Shown here: positions 47,921 to 57,652 of the stretch, in pieces
How positions within the stretch are numbered: the first letter of the stretch is position 1
Layout of the letters: every line of letters begins with the position of its first letter
NCBI GenBank assembly: GCA_963717115.1
Contig: CAVQVO010000002.1
Span: forward strand, 640,497-704,496
Direction of reading: 5' to 3'
From: an uncultured Acidimicrobiales bacterium
GTDB taxonomy: Bacteria; Actinomycetota; Acidimicrobiia; Acidimicrobiales; SZUA-35
Length of the DNA stretch: 64,000 bases
Translations under genes and position numbers: made by a program
The notes under the pieces: model-generated
The model's input: the letters and a program-made list of their open reading frames with translations, nothing else
What the model was told of the DNA's origin: nothing
Databases searched by the model: none

Positions 47921-49006
47921 ATGACCGACCCACCGACCAGCAGCCGACCCACCGCCGACCGATCCGACCCCGACCCGACACCGGGCGGCCGGTCGTTCGA
48001 TGGCGTCATGGGTGAGGCGATGGGGGTGGCGGCGACCGTTCGTCGCCTGACGAGCCCCAATCCCTGGGTCGGCGCCGTGGTCGTGACGGCGACGGGTGCG
48101 GTGTGCGCAACGGGCGCCACGCAGCCGCCCGGCGGTCCTCACGCCGAGATCGTGGCGCTCGATGCGGCGGGTCCGCTCGCTGCCGGCGCGACCCTGGTCG
48201 TCACCCTCGAGCCCTGCTCGCACCACGGTCGCACCCCGCCGTGCACCGAGGCCATCGTTCGGGCCGGGATCGCCCGGGTGGTCGTCGGCGTCGCCGATCC
48301 GGATCGACGGGTCTCGGGCCGGGGCCTGGTTGCCCTGCGGGCCGCCGGCATCGAGGTGATCGAGGGCGTCTCGGCGGCCGCGGTCCGCGAGCAGCTCGCT
48401 CCCTACCTCCACCATCGCCGGACCGGGCGTCCGTTCGTCGTCGCCAAGGTCGCCGCCACGCTCGACGGGTCGGTGGCGGCGCCCGACGGCACGTCGCAGT
48501 GGATCACCGGTTCCGAGGCCCGACACGACGCCCACCGGATCCGGGCCGAGAGTGACGCCATCGTCGTTGGCGCCGGCACCGTCCGCGCCGACGATCCGGC
48601 GCTGACCGTCCGCCACGTCGAGGGACGGGATCCGCTGCGAGTGGTGCTCGGCCGGGCACCCGAGCGAGCCCGGGTCCACCCGTGCCTGGAGTGGACGGGC
48701 GGCCTCGAGGAGCTCCTCGACGAACTGGGTGGGCGTGACGTCCTGCAGGTCATGGTCGAGGGTGGACCGACCGTGCTGCGCTCGTTCCACGAGGCCGGGC
48801 TCATCGACCGCTTCGTCGTCTATCTGGCCCCGGCACTGTTCGGCGGCCGTGACGCGCTCCCCCTGATGGCCGGCAGCACGGCACCGACGATGGCGTCGTT
48901 GTGGCGCGGCCGGTTCCTGTCGGTCGACCGCATCGGCAACGACCTCCGGATCGAGGTCGCCCCGGCGCCCGACCACCCCTGCCCCACCACCCAAGGAGTG
49001 CACTGA
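47921..49006 (+). CDS. ribD: bifunctional diaminohydroxyphosphoribosylaminopyrimidine deaminase / 5-amino-6-(5-phosphoribosylamino)uracil reductase
   Basis: This is a 361-aa ORF. The deaminase zinc motif is HAEIVAL...[14 protein letters not shown], followed by the reductase half. Confidence 0.93.
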
Positions 49007-49635
49007 TGTTCACCGGAATCGTCGAGGAACTCGGAACGATCGAGCGATTCGAGCAGGGAACCCTGCGGATCACCGCGACCCTCGTGATCGAGGACGCAAC
49101 GATCGGCGACTCGATCGCCGTGAACGGCTGCTGCCTGACGGTGGTGGCCCTCGGGCCGCACTGGTGGGAGGCCGACGTCTCCGACGAGACGATCCGGCGC
49201 ACCGGACTGGCCGGACTCGCTCACGGCGACCCGGTCAATCTCGAACGGGCCGTGCGGGCCGGCGACCGCCTCGGTGGCCATCTCGTCCAGGGTCACGTCG
49301 ACGGCGTCGGGCACGTCGTCGATCCCGTACCCGACCTCCGAATCGCCCTTCCGGCATCCTTGCGGCGGTACGTGGTCGAGAAGGGATCGATCACCGTCGA
49401 CGGGGTCAGTCTGACCGTGGTGCAACCCACCGACGACGGTTTCACGGTGGCGATCATCCCGCACACGGCCGCCGTCACGACCCTCGGCGGTCGTCGTCCC
49501 GGCGACGAGGTCAACATCGAGGTCGACGCCATCGCCAAGTACGTCGAGCAACTGCTGGCGCCCCACCGGCCCGCCACCGAGGACGATCCGGCCGACCGAC
49601 CATCCCCCGACACCGAACCAGGAGCGCAGCCATGA
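49006..49635 (+). CDS. ribE: riboflavin synthase (alpha chain)
   Basis: The start is [11 protein letters not shown], with the internal repeat [13 protein letters not shown] / [12 protein letters not shown]. There is a TGATG overlap with ribD. Confidence 0.93.
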
Positions 49636-50894
49636 CCATCCGATTCGACGAGATCCAGACCGCCATCGACACCATCGCCGCCGGCGGCATCGTGGTCGTC
49701 GCCGACGACGAGGATCGCGAGAACGAGGGCGACCTGATCATGGCCGCCGACGCCGCCACGCCGGAATCCATCGCCTTCTTCGTCCGACACACCTCGGGTC
49801 TCATCTGTGTCGGGCTCACCGGGGAGCGCTGCGACGATCTGGGCCTCACCCTGATGGTGCCGGCGAGCGTCAACAGCGACACGCACGGGACGGCGTTCAC
49901 GGTCTCGGTCGATCTCGCCGAAGGCACCACGACCGGGATCTCGGCCGCCGATCGGGCGGCAACCCTCCGGGCGCTCGCCGACGATCGATCGGGAGCCGCG
50001 GCCTTCCACCGACCGGGCCATGTGTTCCCGCTGCGGGCCCGCCCCGGCGGGGTGCTGAAGCGGGCCGGCCACACCGAGGCCGCCGTCGACCTGGCCCGAT
50101 TGGCCGGGCGGGCCCCGGCCGGCGCACTGTGCGAGATCGTCAACGACGACGGCACGATGCGACGGGGCGTCGATCTGCGAACCTTCGCCGACGAGCACGG
50201 TCTGCCGCTCATCTCGATCACCGACCTCATCCGCCATCGACGCCGCAGTGAGAAGCTCGTCGAACGGACCGCCTCGGCCCGGATCCCCACCGAGTGGGGA
50301 TCGTTCCAGTGTCACTCGTTCCTGAGCCTGGTCGACGGGGAGACCCACCTCGCCTACACGATGGGCGACCTCGACACCGGCGCTCCCGTGCTGGTCCGGG
50401 TCCACAGCGAGTGCCTCACCGGCGACGTGTTCGGCAGTCTCAAGTGCGACTGCGGGCCCCAACTGCGGGAATCCATGCGCCGCATCGCCGAACTGGGTCG
50501 CGGGGCCGTGGTGTATCTGCGGGGGCACGAGGGTCGGGGCATCGGCATCAGCCACAAGCTCCGCGCCTACGAACTGCAGGACCAGGGTCTCGACACCGTC
50601 GACGCCAACCTCGAACTGGGACTCCCGATCGACAGCCGCGAGTACGGGGTCGGAGCCCAGATCCTGGTCGACCTCGGGATCCATCGGCTCCGCCTCCTGA
50701 CCAACAATCCGGCCAAGTACGGCGGCCTCGCCGGCTTCGGCCTGACGATCACCGAACGAGTGCCCCTGCACGTCCCGCTCGACATCGAAGCCCGGCGCTA
50801 CGTCGAGACCAAGCAGGCCCGCCTCGGTCATCACGGTCCCGACGAGACCAACGACCCCGACCACCACACGACCACGGAGCTCCCCGTCTCATGA
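49632..50894 (+). CDS. ribBA: bifunctional 3,4-dihydroxy-2-butanone-4-phosphate synthase / GTP cyclohydrolase II
   Basis: The start is [13 protein letters not shown]. The motifs present are [28 protein letters not shown] and EGRGIG. Confidence 0.95.
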
Positions 50895-51379
50895 GCACGA
50901 ACCCGCCGACCGCCCCGGACACCGATCGTCCCGACCGCCGCTTCGGCCTGGTCTGCAGTCGCTTCAACGACCTGATCGTCGAACGACTCGAGCGGGGTGC
51001 CCGCGACGCACTGGTCCGCAACGGTGTGGACGCCGACGACATCCTCACGATCTGGGTTCCGGGTGCCTGGGAGATCCCCCAGGTCGCCCGGGCGCTGGCC
51101 GACTCCGGCCGGGTCGACGCCATCGTCGGCCTCGGGGCGGTCATCCGGGGCGAAACGTTCCACTTCGAGGTGATCGCCACGCAGAGCGCAGCCGGACTGG
51201 CCCGCACGGCGCTCGACACCGGCGTCGTCGTGACCAACGGGATCATCACCACCGAGGATCTCGACCAGGCCCTCAACCGGGCCGGGGGCAAGGCCGGGAA
51301 CAAGGGCGCCGAGGCGGCCCTTGCGGCCCTCGAGACCCTCGAAGCCGTCCGGGGACTGTCCTCGTTCGACGAGCCCTGA
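50891..51379 (+). CDS. ribH: 6,7-dimethyl-8-ribityllumazine synthase
   Basis: The start is [10 protein letters not shown]. The motifs present are [20 protein letters not shown] and NKG. There is an ATGA overlap with ribBA. Confidence 0.95.
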
Positions 51380-51447
51380 GGTCGTCGGGCGGCTCCTCCA
51401 CCGGGGACGGGCGCATTCGTTGTCATAGCTAATTAGCATGGACAACC

Positions 51448-51960
51448 ATGACCTCGTCCCCCGATCGAACACCCCCGTCCTCGGCGAGGTCGTCGGCTCC
51501 GGCGGTGGCCGACGCCGATCGGATCGCCCGGCTCCGCCTCGCTCTGGCAAGGCTCGCCCGGCTCCAGCGCCAGGCGTCGACGTCGGGACTCACCCCGAGC
51601 CAGCAGTCGGCGCTCGCCGTCATCGATCGTCGCGGCCCGATCACGCTGGGGGAGCTGGCCCGGGTCGAACAGGTGGCACCACCCACCATCACCCGCATCA
51701 TCGCCAAGCTCGAGGACCAGGGTCTCGTCGGGCGCCGCGTCGACCGACTCGACCGCCGGGTCGCCCGACTGTCGATCACCACCGAGGGTCACACCCGTCT
51801 CGAGCGGGCCCGCGAGCGCCGGAACCAGTGGTTGGCCGAGCGGCTGGCCGACCTCGACGGGCGCGACGTCGACGCCATCCTGGCGGCGATCGAGCCGCTG
51901 GAACGACTCGCCGCCGGACCGGGCGACGAAACGAACGGCGAACCGGAACGCGCCCGATGA
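51448..51960 (+). CDS. MarR family transcriptional regulator
   Basis: This is a 170-aa ORF with the winged HTH segment GELARVEQVAPPTITRIIAKLEDQGLVGRRVDRLDRRVARLSITTEG. A perfect 10-bp palindrome GCTAATTAGC (51428-51437) lies in its promoter. Confidence 0.9.
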   Translation: MTSSPDRTPPSSARSSAPAVADADRIARLRLALARLARLQRQASTSGLTPSQQSALAVIDRRGPITLGELARVEQVAPPTITRIIAKLEDQGLVGRRVDRLDRRVARLSITTEGHTRLERARERRNQWLAERLADLDGRDVDAILAAIEPLERLAAGPGDETNGEPERAR

Positions 51961-53288
51961 TCGGCCTCCGCGCCGCCACCGGCGAGACCTTCCGCTCACT
52001 GAAGGTCCGGAACTTCCGGCTGTTCTTCCTCGGTCAGCTCACCAGCCAGGCCGGCACCTGGATGCAGTCCGTCGCCTTGATCTGGGTCGTGCTGAAGCTC
52101 ACCGACAACGGACTGGCGCTCGGTCTGGCCACGGCCGCCCAGTTCCTGCCGGTCCTGGTGCTCGGCGCATGGGGCGGCGTCATCGCCGACCGGGTCGACC
52201 GGCACCGGTTCATGGTGATGACCCAGATCGCGTTCACGATCGTCGCCGGCGGATTCGCCGTGTTGATGGTGATCGACCGGCTCTCGATGGGCGCCATCTA
52301 CGGCCTGTCGCTGCTCTACGGCGTGATCACGGCGGTCGACAACCCGACCCGTCGGACCCTGGTGGTCGATCTGGTCGACACCGAGGACATCCCGAATGCC
52401 GTGGCCCTCAACTCCGCCATGATGACGGGGTCCCGAGTCATCGGCCCCTCGATCGCCGGACTGCTGATCACCACCGTCGGCGTCGAGTGGTGCTTCATCG
52501 TCAACACCGTGACCTACCTGGCGGTGATCGGCGCCCTCCTGCGCATGGATCGCTCCGCCATCCGGGCCGCCCCCCGGATGGCCCGGGCCCGAGGCCAGCT
52601 CGTCGAAGGGTTGCGCTACGTCTGGGCCACCCCCGTCCTGCGCCAGTCCCTGACGCTGCTCACGGTCGTCGGCACCCTGGCCTTCGAATACCAGGTCACC
52701 CTGCCGCTGCTCGCCGAGCGAACGCTCGGCGCCGGAGCGGGTGGGTTCACCCTGCTGTATTCGGCCATGAGCGTGGGTTCGGTCGTTGGTGCCCTGTCGA
52801 TGGCCCGTCGCCGGTCGGTCGACGTGGCCTTCCTGGTGCGATCGGCCTGGGGCCTCGTGGTGGCCACCACCCTGCTGGCGCTGTCGCCGACGCTCGCGGT
52901 CGCCGCCGTTGCCGTGATGCCGGTCGGGGCGGCGACGATCTTCCTGGTGTCGGGGGCGAACTCGGTCGTCCAGCTGCAGGCCGACCCGGCGATGCGGGGA
53001 CGGGCGTTGGCGCTCACCACGGTGGTGTTCATCGGGTCGACGCCGATCGGCGGACCGATCGCCGGCTTCGTCTCGGAACACCTGGGAGCCCGGTGGGGAC
53101 TCCTGATGGGCGCCCTCGCCACGGCCCTCGTCGCGCTGTGGGTCGGTCTCCGTCATCACCCCGAACCGGCGGCCCCGCTCGACCCTCCGGGACCGGTCGC
53201 CGTGGCCGGCGCCGTCAGCGGCCCTGCCAGGCCGGGGGCCGCTTCTCCGAGAACGCCAGCGGGCCCTCGACGTAGTCGGCGCTCTTGA
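51957..53288 (+). CDS. MFS transporter (EntS/DUF894-like efflux type)
   Basis: The start MIGLRAATGETFRSLKVRNFRLFF overlaps the MarR stop (ATGA). About 12 TM spans are present. The last roughly 25 codons overlap the convergent crotonase gene, so the C-terminal end is uncertain. Confidence 0.87.
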   Translation: MIGLRAATGETFRSLKVRNFRLFFLGQLTSQAGTWMQSVALIWVVLKLTDNGLALGLATAAQFLPVLVLGAWGGVIADRVDRHRFMVMTQIAFTIVAGGFAVLMVIDRLSMGAIYGLSLLYGVITAVDNPTRRTLVVDLVDTEDIPNAVALNSAMMTGSRVIGPSIAGLLITTVGVEWCFIVNTVTYLAVIGALLRMDRSAIRAAPRMARARGQLVEGLRYVWATPVLRQSLTLLTVVGTLAFEYQVTLPLLAERTLGAGAGGFTLLYSAMSVGSVVGALSMARRRSVDVAFLVRSAWGLVVATTLLALSPTLAVAAVAVMPVGAATIFLVSGANSVVQLQADPAMRGRALALTTVVFIGSTPIGGPIAGFVSEHLGARWGLLMGALATALVALWVGLRHHPEPAAPLDPPGPVAVAGAVSGPARPGAASPRTPAGPRRSRRS

Positions 53289-53991
53289 CCATCGACCGCA
53301 CGGCGTCGTAGGGGCGTTCGTGGGCGGCCCGCACCCCGGCCTCGTCGAGTCCCTGCATCGCCGCTTCCTTGGTCGCCCGGATCGACATCGGCGAGCAGGC
53401 CAGGATCATGTCGGCCCACTCCCGGGCCCGGCCGAGCAGATCACCCGGCGCCACCACCTCGTTGACGAAACCCAGTTCCCGACCCTCGGCGGCGGGAACG
53501 TGGCGGCCCGTGAGCATCATGCCCATGGCGTTCTTCAGGCCGATCTGACGAGGCAGCCGATGGACCCCTCCGGCCAGCGCCGCCAGACCGACCTTCGGCT
53601 CGGGAAGCGCGAACCGGGCGGTCTCGGAGGCGATGATCAGATCACAGGCCAGCGCGATCTCGAATCCACCACCCATGGCGACGCCGTTGACGGCGGCGAT
53701 CACGGGCTTGTTCAGGTCCCATCGGGCCGTCAGTCCGGCGAACCCGGTCGAGGGCATCCCCGAGCGGTCGCCGCCCCCCGCCTGGTACTTCAGGTCGTTG
53801 CCGGCCGAGAAGGCGCGGTCGCCGGCGCCGGTGATGATGCACACCCAGAGATCGGGATCGGCCTGGAACCGGTCGAAGAGTTCCGACAGCTCGGCATTGC
53901 CCGGCGGGTGGAGGGCGTTCATCACCTCGGGTCGGTTGATCGTGATCGTGTACAGGTGGCCGTCGGTCTCGGCGTACGAATACGTTCCCAT
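53215..53991 (-). CDS. enoyl-CoA hydratase/isomerase (crotonase) family protein
   Basis: This is a 258-aa ORF with the motifs ITGAGDRAFSAGNDL and AAVNGVAMGGGFEIALACD. Confidence 0.93.
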   Translation of the reverse strand: MGTYSYAETDGHLYTITINRPEVMNALHPPGNAELSELFDRFQADPDLWVCIITGAGDRAFSAGNDLKYQAGGGDRSGMPSTGFAGLTARWDLNKPVIAAVNGVAMGGGFEIALACDLIIASETARFALPEPKVGLAALAGGVHRLPRQIGLKNAMGMMLTGRHVPAAEGRELGFVNEVVAPGDLLGRAREWADMILACSPMSIRATKEAAMQGLDEAGVRAAHERPYDAVRSMVKSADYVEGPLAFSEKRPPAWQGR

Positions 53992-54060
53992 GCCGGGAAC
54001 CTAGTCCTCGCCCGTCCACCACGCCTCGGCCAGCCGGGCGCGCCTCCTAGACTGCCGATC

Positions 54061-54837
54061 GTGCCCGCCCCGAGCCTGTTCCGATCGACCGTCGTCCGTT
54101 CCGTCGTGAGCGTCTGGGCCTGGATCGCCCTGGGGCTGGTCGTCGTGATCTTCCTGCCGATCGTGGCGATCACGCGGCTCGTCACCGCACCGTTCGATCC
54201 GGGTCGATACCACGCCGGACTCATGTTCCGAAAGCTCGCCGTCGCCCATCAGAAGCTGAACCCGCTGTGGACGTTCTCGGTCACGGGGACGATCCCCACC
54301 GATCCCCGCCGGCCCTACGTCGTGGTCGCCAACCACGAGAGCTTCGTCGACATCCTGCTGATCTCGCATCTCCCGTTCGAGATGAAGTGGATGAGCAAGA
54401 GCGAGTTCTTCAAGATCCCGCTGGTCGGATGGATGATGCAGCTCGCGGGCGACATCAAGCTCGAGCGGGGCAGCAAGCGATCGGCGGCCAAGGCCCTCAT
54501 CGACAGCCGCGACCGACTCGACAAGAAGGTGTCGGTCATGGTGTTCCCCGAGGGCACCCGTTCCCAGACCGGCGAACTCGGCGACTTCAAGGACGGGGCC
54601 TTCCGCATCGCGATCCAGGCGGGGGTGCCGATCCTGCCGCTGGCCGTGATCGGAACTCGCGACGCACTGATCAAGCACGATTGGCGATTCGGTCGGAGCA
54701 ACGCCGAGGTGCGCGTCCTCGATCCCATCCCGACCGACGGCCTCACCAAGGCCGACGTGCCGGCGTTGCGTGATCGGGCCCGCGACGTCATCGCCGCGGC
54801 GCTCGTCGAGATGCGGGCCGAACGAGTCGAGGGCTGA
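54061..54837 (+). CDS. plsC: 1-acyl-sn-glycerol-3-phosphate acyltransferase (LPLAT family)
   Basis: The GTG at 54061 follows TAGACT plus 7 nt. An N-terminal TM helix is present. The motifs are VANHESFVDI (HX4D) and VFPEGTRS. Confidence 0.87.
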   Translation: MPAPSLFRSTVVRSVVSVWAWIALGLVVVIFLPIVAITRLVTAPFDPGRYHAGLMFRKLAVAHQKLNPLWTFSVTGTIPTDPRRPYVVVANHESFVDILLISHLPFEMKWMSKSEFFKIPLVGWMMQLAGDIKLERGSKRSAAKALIDSRDRLDKKVSVMVFPEGTRSQTGELGDFKDGAFRIAIQAGVPILPLAVIGTRDALIKHDWRFGRSNAEVRVLDPIPTDGLTKADVPALRDRARDVIAAALVEMRAERVEG

Positions 54838-54873
54838 CCGAGCCTTCGCGGCCGAGCGACCCGAGATGGGGGG

Positions 54874-57233
54874 TCAGTCGGTCTGCGGCACGCGGATCGT
54901 CGCCTGCGGGCCCGAGGTGTCGGGGCGTGCCGGCGATCACGAGATCGAGGCCACGGTCGCTCTGGTTCTCGACGACGACTCCCTGAACGTCGGCGACGAC
55001 GGCCAGCCGCACGCCGCGGAAGAGCGTCTGGAAGCCGAGCGAGGTCCACCCCGGGGCCAGGACCGGGTCGAGGTGCAGCACGTCGTCGGCCACCCGGAGT
55101 CCGCCGAACCCCGACACCGCGGCGATCCAGGTGCCGGCCATGCTCGTCACGTGGCACCCGTCGCGGGTGTCGTGGTTGATGTCGTCGAGGTCGAGCCGAG
55201 CGCTGCGCCGCAGCATCTCGAGGGCCTTGTCGAGCCGGCCGAGCCGGACGGCCAGGACGGCATGGACCGACGGCGACAGCGAGGACTCGTGCACCGTGCG
55301 GGGCTCGTAGAAGTCGAAGTTGGACCGGATGGTGTCGAGATCGAATCGGTCCTCGAAGACCCACAGCCCCTGGAGCACGTCGGCCTGCTTGATGAAGCAC
55401 GACCGCAGGATCCGGTCCCACGACCAGTGGTGCACGATCGGCCGTTCGGCCGGGTCGAGATCGTCGACGGTGAGGAGCTCCTTGTCGAGATAGTTGCCCT
55501 GCTGGAGGAAGATGCCCCGCTCGGGGTCCTCGGGGAAGAACAGGCCGTCGGCGACCTCGGCCCAGCGGGCTCGTTCGTCGGTCTCGGCGAAGGCGAAGGC
55601 GACGCCGTCCAGGATGGCCTCGGTGGCGAGCGGGTCGATCGAACGGGCCAGGTCGATGGCCTGCGCCGCGTAGCGCAGCGTCCACTGGGCCATCAGGTTG
55701 GTGTACCAGTTGTTGTCGACGTTGTTCTCGTACTCGTTGGGTCCGGTGACACCGAGGATGACCCACGCCTGCTTGGGTTCGGAGAACGACACCCGCTGCG
55801 ACCAGAAGCGGGCGATGGCGATGAGCACCTCGAGGCCGCCGTCGAGCAGGTACGGGGTGTCACCGGTGGTTCGGATGTAGTCGTACACGGCGAAGGCGAT
55901 GGCCCCGTTGCGGTGGATCTCCTCGAAGGTGATCTCCCACTCGTTGTGGCACTCCTCGCCGTTGATCGTGACCATCGGGTAGAGCGCCGCTCCCCCACCG
56001 AACCCGAGCTTGGCGGCGTTCTCGATCGCCCGGTCCAGCTGCCGATGGCGGTACCGGAGGAGGTTCCGGCTGACCTCGGGCTCGGCCGACGCGAGGTAGA
56101 AGGGGAGGCAGAAGGCCTCGGTGTCCCAGTAGGTCACACCGCCGTACTTCTCGCCGGTGAATCCCTTGGGCCCGATGTTGAGATCGGGGTCGACTCCGGT
56201 GAACGTGGAGTGCAGCTGGAAGATGTTGAAACGCATGCCCTGGGCGACGGCCGGATCGCCGCCGATCGCCACGTCGCTCAGCTGCCACTTGCGGTCCCAG
56301 GCCTCGACGTGCTCGTCTCGCAGGGCGTCGAATCCGGCGACGACCGCGGCATCGAGCACGGCGGCGGTTCGTGCCGACACGTGCTCGGGGGTCATCGTGC
56401 GCGAGGTCACGTTGGACGCCGAACTTCACGACCTCGACCGTCTCGCCTTCGGCGATCGGTGAGGTCGTAGACGGCGGCCACCGACCGTTCGGTGAGCTCG
56501 GGGATCGGTTCGGGCCCGGGGGTCGTCGCTCCGACCTGCACGACGGCGACGTGCATGGCCGTCTCGGCGACGAAGTGGGTCTTCTTGGTGCGCTGGACCA
56601 CCGCATCCACGCGAACCGTCGAGCGAGACCGACATCGGATCCCAGAAGCCGAACTCGTGGTTCGAGTCCTCGTTGTACACGTCGCCGTCGATGCCGATCG
56701 AGAGTCGCAATCCGGAGGTCGGGTCGCCATCGGCGGCGTCGGCCCCGGGGGACCGGGTGAGGGTGATGCGGTAGCGGATCGCCCCCAGTTCGGGCCGCAC
56801 CATGCTGAGGAATCGTCGGGTCTCGACCTCGACCACTGCGCCGTTGGCGAGGCGGGCCCGGAAGGTTCGTTCGAGTTCACCGGAGCGGAGGTGGAGGGTT
56901 CGTCGGTAGGTCTCGACCGGTCGCGGTGTGCAGATCGAGCGCCTCGCCGTCGATCCACACGTGGATCGGGGTCCAGTCGGCGGCGTTGAGCACCTTGGCG
57001 AAGGAGTCGGGATACCCGTTCTTCCACCAGCCGACCCGGGTGGGGTCGGGATAGTAGATCCCGGCCAGGTAGTTGCCCCGCAGCGAGTCGCCGGTGAACC
57101 GTTCCTCGTGGTTGCCGCGCCCGCCGAAGTTTCCGTTGCCGAGGCTGAACAGGCTCTCGTTGACCCGATTGGCGTCCGGATCGAACCCGTCCTGCACGAC
57201 GGTCCACTCGTCGCCACCGATCACATGCTGCAT
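54874..57233 (-). pseudogene. glycoside hydrolase family 65 disaccharide phosphorylase (maltose/trehalose/kojibiose phosphorylase type); five +1 frame disruptions
   Basis: The protein can be read continuously only by hopping frames at about 56919, 56613, 56458, 56412 and 54910. The segments in order are listed below.
- MQHVIGGDEW...NGNFGGRGNHEE...HVWIDGEALDLHTAT
- VETYRRTLHLRSGELERTF...FGFWDPMSVSLDGS
- VDAVVQRTKKTHFVAETAMHV...AAVYDLT
- IAEGETVEVVKFGVQ
- VTSRTMTPEHVS... through the catalytic (alpha/alpha)6 part (YWDTEAF, GPNEYENNVDNNWYTN, HESSLSPSVHA) to ...TPRHLG
- PQATIRVPQTD, then stop at 54874

The span is 2360 nt. Subtracting 5 gives 2355, which is 785 codons. Confidence 0.85.
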
Positions 57234-57328
57234 GCTCGGGACTCTACTTGGGGCATCATGAACGTTGCGGCCCTCCTCGTGGCTGTCGTCACCCGGCGGC
57301 GCTGCGGAACGGCCCGAGGAAGGATCTC

Positions 57329-57649
57329 ATGACCGACCACACCACCAGGATCTACCGGGTCACGATCCGGGGACGGTTCCGTGACCTGACGGAACGGGCC
57401 CGCGCCTCACTGGTGAAGGCGGCCCCCGAACACGACATCTTCGTGTCGGCCTACACCGTCGAGGGCACGCTCACGTACGACCACCGGATCGACTTCTTCA
57501 ACCTCCGATACGAGGTCCGCACCACCTCGCCCGACGAGGATCCGGCGGCGCTCGCCCTCGTCGAGGCCGAGACCTTCCTGCACACCCTGGGGCTGGGCCA
57601 CGGGCCACTGACGACCAACGTGGTCGACATGGCCGATCTCACGTCGTGA
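57329..57649 (+). CDS. small conserved-looking hypothetical protein (106 aa)
   Basis: The ATG at 57329 follows GAGGAAGG. The sequence MTDHTTRIYRVTIRGRFRDLTERARASLVKAAPEHD... has protein-like composition. I do not recognise the family with confidence. Confidence 0.55.
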   Translation: MTDHTTRIYRVTIRGRFRDLTERARASLVKAAPEHDIFVSAYTVEGTLTYDHRIDFFNLRYEVRTTSPDEDPAALALVEAETFLHTLGLGHGPLTTNVVDMADLTS

Positions 57650-57652
57650 TCG

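Noticed and set aside
53215-53288. A 74-nt convergent overlap between the MFS transporter and the crotonase gene, considered as a functional antisense arrangement.
   Set aside because: The MFS tail after the last TM helix is Pro/Ala/Arg-rich. It may simply be read-through to the first available stop in GC-rich sequence. There is no evidence for function.
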